A stretch of DNA of 63,484 nt, counting the filler, from Neolecta irregularis DAH-3 (Eukaryota): assembly GCA_001929475.1 (NCBI GenBank). It is 5 parts of 5 records of this genome, joined end to end, with 100 filler letters (N's around TTAATTAATTAA, not from the genome) between each part and the next. Parts side by side here need not be neighbours in the genome. Positions count along the whole stretch, not along the records: positions 43,690 to 58,937 come from LXFE01003920.1; positions 59,038 to 61,783 come from LXFE01003938.1; positions 61,884 to 63,484 come from LXFE01003943.1; 2 more parts are not named here. One strand, 5' to 3'. The notes beneath the pieces were generated by a model that searched no databases, was not told the origin of the DNA, and saw only the letters and a list, made by a program, of their open reading frames with translations. This document shows, piece by piece, positions 54,403-63,484 of this stretch. Within the stretch, counting starts at the first letter, position 1. Each line of letters starts with the position of its first letter. Both the position numbers and the translations under genes were made by a program.

Positions 54403-56698
54403 TCATTCTTCCTTGCTCTTTCCACTCCGAGTCATCTCCAAGCCTGGATCTATATCAACAGGCATATTAGAATCGCTGCTCTTTCGTCGCTGCTGTCTGC
54501 GCTGCTGCATTTCCGCGCTGATACGTCTATTCAGCTCGTCAAATGGCACCGAAGAATCCAATTGGCTTAACTGACTGACCTCCACGCCGCCGGAGACACT
54601 GGCATTTCGGCTTCGAGTACGAGAAGGCGGCTGACTCGCGAAGAAGCCAATATTTGCAAATGATTCGTTTCGCGGAAGGATATCTTGCACTGGAACCTGC
54701 ATGTGATGTTTTGAAGAGATAGAGGAAATCCTTGTTGTAGAACTGGGAAGTTCAGATGCAGCGATCACACGACTTGCATCAAAATCGGGAAATATTTCGG
54801 GACCGAGAGTATTTATCATTTCTGTAAGCTGAGTTGCAAGTTGTTCCCGTGTTTGTCGGAGTCTCTGAATTGTGCTCGCGCTTTTAGGATTTAATGCCAT
54901 AAACAGTGGTCGGATTGATCTAAAATAAGAAATGGGGGGAAATTCTAGCCACATACTTCCAAATATCCAAACCGCTTTCTCCGAATCGTAAAGCAAAAAA
55001 GGAAACGCTAGGAAGAACCAATCCGGTAAGCGCTGGAACAATCCATAAAGAGCGCCACTCATCCTCTGGCCAAATACCCATCTTCCAAACGATAAATGTA
55101 GTAACCAAGGAATAGTAGGTATAAAGAATCGGAGTCATCGCTATCGCTACGAGAACTTTCCAACTTCCAAGAACATCTTTCCCAGAAATCTTCACAGTAC
55201 TAGCCTTCAAAGCCTCTGAGGCTTTCCTTTTCGAGATCACCTTTGTCGCAATGAATACGGGACTAAACAAGAGAGTTCCGGGTAACGCAGCAAGACCAAA
55301 CCAAATTAAAAATACGGTTCTCCAAAGAAGAAGTAATAAAAGTCTATGAGTCGCGACAACGCGCTGATTTTGAACCTGATGATCTCGAATTCCTAAAATG
55401 TACAACTGCCGGTTATAATTAAGCACTTGTTGGCGCAAGCTAGCCACTCTTGGATCGTTTTTGACGTGTTCATAACCGGAGATAAAACGACGGTTAAGTT
55501 CGACAATTTGGGGTAATGGAAGTTTCTTTCGGGCTGGTTTGTAGAGCCTTCTACCAGCTTGAATAACCTACAGTGAGAATCCATTGATTTTTGACTGGAA
55601 TGAATACTTGGAGAGTCTCGTAATCTGGAGTTGTTACAGTCACTGATCTCAATGCATCCGCAATCAATGCAAGAAGATCGCTGGTAGCCTTGCGTTTTTC
55701 GGTATCACCTTGTTGATATTGTGCTATCAATTCAGGCGGTATTTCTAGCGGGTTCCCGAATTCTATGACTGCCCTTGATCGAAATCTATGGGCGTGGAAA
55801 TAATTCATTCCACAAGGCACAATTGTCAACCCAGATTCCGGGTTTCGGGCCAAGGCACCCAAAGCCATGATTGCAACACCAGCTGTGGCTGTTAGAAACT
55901 GCTGAGAGTGTGGATTGCCTTTCAAAGGTAGCAGATCTGGACGATCGTGACTTCCCCCTTCTGGAAAAATCCCAATGCAGGCGCCTTTGTCCATCTGATT
56001 GTAGACTACTTCGTAGACTCTGTTTTGACTTATCTTTATTCCATATTTGAATTTTGTAGACGAAGAAAGAAAATCTTTTGCTTGAGAACCGACGAATCCT
56101 TTTACCAATGTGAGTTCTGTGTCTGATTCAATTGACGCAATTTCTGCTGACTCTCCCACACCTGGAAGGCATATTATCTGTTGAGGCTGCAGCTGAGACG
56201 TAAAGGTTGTGTCTTGGCCGGTAATTTTAAGGGGATTTCCGGCCGAGGCGTATCGTATCTTGCCAGTGCCGGGTTTTGCAAGGTCCTGCGCTCTTGCTAC
56301 GGGTACTAGATGTCAATCCGGAGCGAATCGAGAGATGGGATACTGGACTGCATCGCGCGAGCTAGGGCGCCAATGATCATTCGCTTCATGCTCTTCTCCG
56401 CAATGAGGAACGATACACGGCGACCTGCCTCGAGTCTAACTTGGCGCATTAGACATATTGGATCCAGAAACTGCAGATCAGCGACAACGTTGAAAGTGGC
56501 GAACAGACCTGGTTTGCATGCGGGGCCGCAACGAAGATCACGGGCCCGCGACGTGGAATTCTGAAAGAGCCTCTAGTCTTGATTTCGCGGAAGAAAAGGT
56601 CCGTCAGGACTGGGCTCAGTACAAATTAGGACAGGAGCCGTGCGCATCAAGAGCCAGGAAACGACATCGTAGATAAAATCGGATGCGCTGAGCGACAT
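54403..56698 (-). CDS. SCT1: Glycerol-3-phosphate/DHAP acyltransferase (Sct1/Gpt2 family)
   Basis: DLFFREI..RG..IP..GPVIFVAAPHANQFLDP, GIFPEGGSHDRPDLLPLKAG, IVPCGMNYFHAHRFRSRAVIEFG. Confidence 0.93.
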
Positions 56699-56757
56699 CG
56701 TCGTACTGCCTGGAACGACAGGCCTGACGTTGGTGGAGCGTGGACCTGCCAACCACC

Positions 56758-58526
56758 ATGCCTCGCCAATTTCCCACCTTTCACCTCCTCCATTCTCCTT
56801 CCCATTCCCCCCATTCCTCCCATTTCCCCTCAAATATGCTCAACACCACCCAGCAACATGCCATAGATGAGGGTTTTACTGACGCCGAAGAAGAACCCAC
56901 CCCAGATCTCCCGCCCTGGCTCTTGGGCCTGCAGCATGAGCAGAGAGCAGGTATTTGAACAGCACAAGGGTCTGCTCACATCCCAGACTTTGCATTGTCG
57001 CTTCTTTTAACCCTGCCGACTGCATATATTGCAAAGGTTAGCGAGAGATTAGTGCCATATCTGCACAGGGACTTTGTGACGGTATATAAAGCGCATATAC
57101 CCCGTACTGAACCCAGACCCTCCCTTCAGAACTATGTATGCAGATATTTTCGTTTCTCTCAACTCGAGAGCTTCTCGCGGCAGCACTTGTTTCCAAATCC
57201 TGGCGCAGATTTGCGCTAGAACCTCGACTTTGGAGGAGTCTTTACTTTCTGAATGGCTGGAGCGTAAACGTGGATCGCATTGGCGAACTCGAAGGCATGC
57301 AGGATGATTGTAGTGATACACCCACATGCGATGACGAAGAAACAGAAACCGCATTGCATGCTGCTATGCACGATCGTCTCGTCGCTCCTATACGAAAACC
57401 ACTCGTTCGTCATCCCTCCGTTCAGCTACCTGTCCATTTGGCGGCTCCAAGAATTGACTACCCTTCATCACCTTCTCTCCCAGTCACTCCCAGACCTGAT
57501 CTATACTTTCACCAAGGAAGATTAAACTGGCGCTATGTCTACCAACAACACCATCTGCTCGACCAAAATTGGAGGAATGGTAACTATACAGTCGAGAGCA
57601 TTCCTCTTCCTCAGCAAATCGGTCACTCGGAAGGAACATATTGCATCCAATTCGATTCGAAGAAAATTGTCTCCGGATCACGAGACAAGAGCATTCGCGT
57701 ATGGGATCTTGAAACAAAGGAATGTAGACTTGTGCTGCAGGGTCATCAGGGAAGTGTGCTATGCCTGCAATTTATTGGCGACGAGATTGTCAGCGGTTCG
57801 AGCGATTCCTCCATAATACTCTGGGATATACGCACAGCAAACATAAGGCGCATTTTTCGCAATCATACTGAAAGTGTGCTAAATATTCGATTTGATGATC
57901 GATACATAATATCCTGTTCAAAAGATCGGACTATCAAGGTATGGGATAGAAACGCAGTAGCTGGCGTCGATGGTGTGGTGTATAATTGTATCCGAACTCT
58001 TGCTGGTCACCGAGCCGCAGTCAATGCTGTTCAATTTCAAAAAAATCGAATTGTTAGTGCTAGCGGAGATCGAACTATTCGAGTCTGGGATCTTGAAACG
58101 GGTATTTGTCTTAAAACTATCGAAGGACACACTCGAGGTATCGCGTGCATCCAATTCGACGGTCGATTCGTGGTTTCTGGCAGTTCGGATCGTAGTATCA
58201 AGGTCTTTGATATTGAGAATGGAGACAATGTGAATACATTAGAAGGCCATTCCGATCTCGTTAGGACTTTGCAAGCCGATCAGAACCGAATTGTTAGTGG
58301 AAGTTATGACGAGACCATTCGAGTATGGGATGCAAAGAATGGTAAACTTGTCTGTGATTTGAGAAATGGACATAGTTCTAGGTATTTTTACAATTATTTG
58401 TGCTTTTCTAACTGCAGAATATTCAAACTTCAATACGACGCTCGGAGAATTGTTAGCTGTAGTCAAGATTCAAAGATTGTGATTTGGGATTTTGGCGCTG
58501 GGGTTGATTCTACTTTATTTTCGTGA
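56758..58526 (+). CDS. F-box/WD40 protein, beta-TrCP / FWD-1 / Pof11-like
   Basis: IDEGF motif, F-box (LPSELCMQIFSFL..VSKSW), seven WD40 repeats (GH..YCIQFD..KIVSGSRDKSIRVWD). Confidence 0.9.
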
Positions 58527-58626
58527 TCTTTGAGGACCGGTGTGGTGTCCGGCGTAATATTAATACTCTTTGCATGTCTTTTCGCTTGGTAGGGTAGGGG
58601 GTAAATATCTACATTTCCACTCGCAA

Positions 58627-58937
58627 TCAGAAGAATCCGTACTTTTTCAAGGGAAAATTCTCCAGCGACATCAAGATTTCGCCATTTGATCCTAATATCT
58701 CGTCTTTTTGAACCCACACTTCTTCTAAGATTCTCGGATCAGGAACCCATATCACATTCATCCCCGCATCTTTTGCAGCCTCAACTCCTGGTACAGAATC
58801 CTCAAATACCTATAAAGTCAACATTCTGCTGGGGAATACCGCACCAAGCATTCATTGGGTCTAACATCTTTAAGTCCAAGCATCTCTAGCGCTAGTAGGA
58901 AGATATCTCCCTTTGGTTTCCCGCGCCGTCCTTTCAT
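58627..58937 (-). CDS. HAD-superfamily phosphatase, 3' portion (continues 43690-44303)
   Basis: VFEDSVPGVEAAKDAGMNVIWVPD...LMSLENFPLKKYGFF*. Confidence 0.85.
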
Positions 58938-59037
58938 NNNNNNNNNNNNNNNNNNNNNNNNNNNNNNNNNNNNNNNNNNNNTTAATTAATTAANNNNNNN
59001 NNNNNNNNNNNNNNNNNNNNNNNNNNNNNNNNNNNNN

Positions 59038-59283
59038 AGGCATATTCAACGAGACCACGTGGGGACTCCTGAACCTCCAGGGATAAGTTATCCAGGCCAG
59101 ACTTATCAATCTCCACAACGAACAGATTTCATCACTCGCCACCTTCACACGCCTTCAAGCATTCATCCCACTCAACTCTGTGATTTGTCTGATATACCTC
59201 CGTCCTATAAGACTAGCCCTGGCAGTCAACGCCCACCTTTATACGATGAAAGCCTCCATGATATAGGACAAAATTCTCGTTAG
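59038..59283 (+). CDS. 3' fragment of a gene ending in PPxY motifs (possible arrestin-like/Rsp5 adaptor)
   Basis: Open frame from the contig edge containing PPSY and PPLY. Confidence 0.45.
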   Translation, partial: RHIQRDHVGTPEPPGISYPGQTYQSPQRTDFITRHLHTPSSIHPTQLCDLSDIPPSYKTSPGSQRPPLYDESLHDIGQNSR

Positions 59284-59743
59284 TAAGAAGTGCTTATAAG
59301 CTCCGGACATGTATTTCAATAGAAAAGTTACATGACCATTATCGTATTATTAAAGCTGGTTTCGGGCGAGGGAACGTAACTGCGAGTTATTGTTCGCTGA
59401 TTTCCCTCCATGACCTAGGAATCTACTGATAGTCCTGTCTTAACTTGTGACCGAAATATTATGGAGACTTGAGCATTCATAATGTTATACAGAACTGGAA
59501 CACAGTTTTACCACTTGTTTTGGAATAGCGTGGTAAATCTTGATGTCTAAAGTCCGAGTCGGAATATCATTTCCAAGCATGCGATATAGCGCATTCAGTC
59601 GATATCTACTTGCACCACTGGCTCTGAAGAATACATATTTAAAAGCGAGAGGAATTGAAACGTCTATCTTTGAGGGTTTTAAATTTGAGTTTGGTGCTAA
59701 AAGTACAGTATACAAAAGGTTCCGATAAGCTCCGGTTATTAAT

Positions 59744-60421
59744 CTAGTCATCGTTGGCCCCTCCAAAGCTGACGCGAAGTCTCTTTGTAGGAACTCCGGG
59801 TTGAGTATCGCTATCAGAGGTGAAATCATCGTCGTCCCCACGTCTTCTCTTCTTTTTCTTCTGACCCCCTGTTGCAGATCGAGTATCTTGAAGTTCGTCA
59901 GAGTCAATTGAGGCTTCTTGTCTTTGCATTGTCTGGCATTCAGCAACATGCTTGAGAAATTCACCTACCTTTGCGAAAGATATCGAAGAAAACGAGAATA
60001 TGCGGTCTTCCGGGTTGATATCACCTTTCTTGGGACGATTGGTATTCTTAAGGTAACCATCAAAGCCACGGATTATATTTCCACCACCACTGGTCTCCTC
60101 AAGGTATGCTCCTGCAGGTTAAGAGAATGGCTTTGAAGTCGAATGGCATGCCTTCACGAGAAAATATTTCCTGTTCTTTCGCATTCTCTAGTCAGCTGGA
60201 TGGTTCCAGTTACAGACGCATACCAGGCCGCGATCAAGTTGTTTTTTCCGAGCTATCAAGTCTTTTAATTCCTTCTTGATTGTCTCGTAATATTCATGTG
60301 TGGGACCAACCTGGTCTTTCTCTTGCTTGGTTTGGCCGTTGGTCGTTACCCCGTTCAGAAGAGATTTTTCGCCAGCATTCCCGTTCTGAGCCTCGGGTTG
60401 TTTCTTTGGACTTGTGACCAT
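59744..60421 (-). CDS. EAF6: NuA4 histone acetyltransferase subunit Eaf6
   Basis: [43 protein letters not shown]...DRIFSFSS. Confidence 0.9.
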
Positions 60422-60595
60422 ATTATGACATCGGGAAAACGATGTATTTAAAAGATGTAGCGCAAATGTGTATGGCGTGGCTGGCTGCGGTCGGCGATGC
60501 GTCCAAGGTAAAACTCGCCAAGAAACGTCAAAACATCATTGAATCTGTCTGTCATCTATCTTCTACACCGCGCCCTCGGAAGCAGAAATAACTGA

Positions 60596-61679
60596 ATGTC
60601 TGCCACTTCTTCCATAGCACTGAACCACAACCCTGATATCGAGGCCTTGTTATCAAAGAGACCTACTCATCCCGATGCTGCAATCGCCCGGCTACGCCAT
60701 CTAATCCTTACCAACGGCATTCCAGCGAATAATGATGGCCTTTCAAACTTACGCCCTTATATTTGGTGTATTCTACTCGATGTGAAGCCAATCTCAACAT
60801 CGACATATTTGTCGTACATCCATCGGGGTCCTTCTCCAGCCTACTCAAAGATTCGTAATGACACTTTCCGAACACTAGCAACAGACCCCCTTTTCAGAAG
60901 AAGGGTTTCAGAGTCCAGCTTGATCAGATTGCTCAATGCATTCGCTTGGAAATTGCGCGAGAAGGAAATGCCAGTCCCCTATGTCCAAGGGATGAACGTT
61001 CTCGCAGCTCCGTTCCTCTATGCAGCGAAAAGTGAGACATTATCATTTGCACTTTTCGAAACATTTATCCAACGAGAGTGTCCGCTCTATGTCAAACCTA
61101 CACTGGAAGGGGTTCATCGTGGTTTAAAAGTATCTCATGCATTATCGTAAATAGCTCACAAAAAGTTGGTAGATGAATGTCTCCAAGCTGTCGATTCAAA
61201 GCTTTATTCTCACTTACGGTCCAGAAATCTTGCAGCAGAGCTATACGCCTTTCCGTGTATGTTAACAAGCAACCTCTCTGAAATTATTAGCTGTTTTGAC
61301 TTTCTCGGCGTGTACACCCCCACTACCTCAAGTACTGGATCTCTGGGATTTCCTTTTGGCCTATGGGTATAGATTCAAGAGATGTTTGGATTGATTTGGG
61401 GCTAGCCCTCATTTAAATATCCTTTGTGTTGTCGCGCAACTTTTGTTGATGAGAGACGATTTACTGGCTCATTCAAGGTCTGTTGTCCCCATTCACAAAG
61501 AATGTTACTCACCATGTAGCCCTATGAAGATACTTCGGACTTTTCCTCCTCTTAAGAGCAAAACTGTAATTGGCGTAGCAGTAAGTCTTGTTCGGAAGAT
61601 TCCCGACGATCTTTACAACCTTTTGGCTCGACACGCTTGGGACGAAAGCGTTGGTGATGCGATCGATAATGCCCGATAA
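60596..61679 (+). CDS. BUB2: Bub2/Cdc16 GAP (mitotic exit / septation network)
   Basis: YSKIRNDTFRTLATD, LIRLLNAFAW, YVQGMNVLAAPFLY, AELYAFPAVLT.SACTPPL, WDFLLAYGPHLN. Confidence 0.93.
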
Positions 61680-61883
61680 CTCTTCCCCAAACTCTTCCCC
61701 TGCACGATTCTCTCCTTCTGCTGAAATTTCACTGTACACATCACAGTTTGAACTTGAGTCCCACTAGTATACTTGGACGGTACNNNNNNNNNNNNNNNNN
61801 NNNNNNNNNNNNNNNNNNNNNNNNNNNTTAATTAATTAANNNNNNNNNNNNNNNNNNNNNNNNNNNNNNNNNNNNNNNNNNNN

Positions 61884-62166
61884 TGTTGCAATGGCCTTGC
61901 AGCATTACTATCCACTCATAATGGCTGAAAGGGGTCTTGATAGCTGTCTTGCATATGTTACCTTCTTCTACAGGTACCTGATAATAAGTATTGTTTAAAT
62001 CTAGTTTCCCTCTAATTTTTGCATTAGTCACCATTTCTACAATCTCTTCCTGATGTGGGAGAGGTGTGTGATCTTTCACCATGTTTGAATTAAGCATGTG
62101 ATAATCTGCGACTACATGAGGTATTGCACTTGGGTCTTTCTTTCTACTAACCTGATGATATATCAA
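61884..62166 (-). mobile_element. Decayed Ty3/gypsy reverse-transcriptase fragment
   Basis: VVADYHMLN..VKDHTPLPHQEE..KLDLNNTYYQV..KTAIKTPF..YEW.VM.QG.CN matches the gypsy RT N-terminal blocks. Confidence 0.85.
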
Positions 62167-62436
62167 TCAATGATGGTCATACCTGCCTGGTGATATTCCA
62201 CCAGAAATTGTTGCATATGGGACCAGTATCTTGTCAGGATACATAGTAATCAACCATCAATCTCAAAAAAGACAGCAAGGGCATTGGAAAGAGCTAGTAT
62301 TGATAGCTGCATGTTTGAATGGCAGCCAAATCGTGAATAGAATGTTTGGTAGACAAGTATATGTGTCACTACAATTTATTTGGTGGTGTTGAGTTAAGAG
62401 GGGTGATGCTTAACTTGGCATTGAGCTTACCAAGTC

Positions 62437-63484
62437 ATGAGGATTCCAATCAGAGCAATCAAACACCTCAGCAAGGTTTGGATGCCATAGAAGAAGAAAA
62501 TTGAGAATTGGCCCAGCAGGAATTGGAACAAGTTAAACAGCAATTGGCACAGCAATTGCATTAATGGAACTCTATAGAGATTGATCAGGCTGCGAGATAA
62601 AGAATGANNNNNNNNNNTATGAGGATTCCAATCAGAGCAATCGAACACCTCAGCAAGGCTTGGATGCCATAGAAGAAGAAAATTGAGAATTGGCCCAGCA
62701 GGAATTGGAACAAGTTAAACAGGAATTGGCACAGCAATTGCATTAATGGAACTCTATAGAGATTGATCAGGCTGCGAGATAAAGAATGATCATTCAGGAT
62801 CAGCAAGAGAAAGATGTCGAAACTGATAAGCAGCAGGATTCTCTACAGCACTGGTCTCAAGTCAAATGTTATAAAAACCCTGTTGATTCCCCTCTTCAAA
62901 AATGATCTACTACCTACAATCAAGTGGCCATCACATCCAGCACTACCTAAATTGTTAAAATCACCTAAGTTCAAATTTCAACTTCCTCCCATATCATTGA
63001 CATCACCAACATCACCTAAGTTCAAGTTCCAATTACCTCCTTTGACTGCAACAGCACCTCCCAAGTTCATTATCCCTCAAAGAAAAATGTCTGAAACTCA
63101 TGGTGAATCCACTGAATCCTCTTCCCAAGGATTTGGCACTATCCCCCATTTTGATGGTAATCATATTTGCATTTTCATCAAGAGATGGAACAAAGTCTCT
63201 ATTCAATGAAGATGGGATGATGAGGACAAAGTCTTGAACTTATTGGATATCTGCACCAAGGAAGTACTGGATTGTCTTGAACACTGGATTAACAAAAGAC
63301 ATCAAATGGCTTGCTCTCCAGTGAGAATTGGAGAAAATCTATGGTAAGCAGGGCAAGGCTAGCTACTCCCTTGACCAGCTCTTCACCATGGTCAAGAATT
63401 TCCAGGGTCTGGAGGTTAAGAAGGTCTATGACTTCCTCCCATATTATGAGTCAGTTAGTGAGGCCTTGGTCAGAGACCAGGCCT
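62437..63484 (+). mobile_element. Degenerate repeat-derived sequence with a probable gag-like relic
   Basis: 171-bp duplication across a gap (62437-62607 vs 62619-62789), short SPKFKFQLPP repeats, IPHFDGNHICIFIKRW followed by a stop; CpG-depleted like the RT fragment. Confidence 0.45.

Noticed and set aside
59485-59964. 159-aa minus-strand ORF, and the many other antisense or overlapping short ORFs in the track
   Set aside because: They are alternative-frame or antisense shadows of real genes (here EAF6) with no recognisable motifs.

Overview
Gene-dense eukaryotic (fungal) genomic DNA, about 40 mostly housekeeping genes broken by very short introns (mostly 32-45 nt). Protein similarity and gene style suggest an early-diverging ascomycete (Taphrinomycotina, possibly Neolecta-like); this is an inference. 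The window is a pseudomolecule: scaffolds are joined by 100-nt N linkers carrying TTAATTAATTAA, and some contigs are mis-ordered or duplicated at gap edges. Recognisable genes: DNAJC11-like, AIM29, RPL18, ISU1, two mitochondrial carriers, RFA1, VAC7, Wee1/Mik1, mitochondrial S18, GYP1, RPS4 (fragment), peroxiredoxin, SNX3, APC5, RPL21, SLU7, RPS9, REV3, NVJ2, eIF1, METTL5, Asterix, a split HAD phosphatase, a PAS sensor fragment, phytoene desaturase, a BTB protein, a UDP-Gal transporter, Rds1-like, PSF3, SCT1, an F-box/WD40 protein, EAF6, BUB2 and a decayed Ty3/gypsy relic. Most notable: (1) a very relaxed splice code, with at least 15 homology-supported GC-AG introns, frequent AAG and even GAG acceptors, and degenerate GT donors; (2) a 10-bp motif AATTAGCGGC upstream of all four cytosolic ribosomal-protein genes; (3) an unidentified structured-RNA candidate at about 4490-4800; (4) an N-terminally extended eIF1 head-to-head with METTL5; (5) strong CpG depletion confined to the transposon contig. 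Exon boundaries were inferred by hand from reading frame and remembered homolog motifs, not from transcripts.
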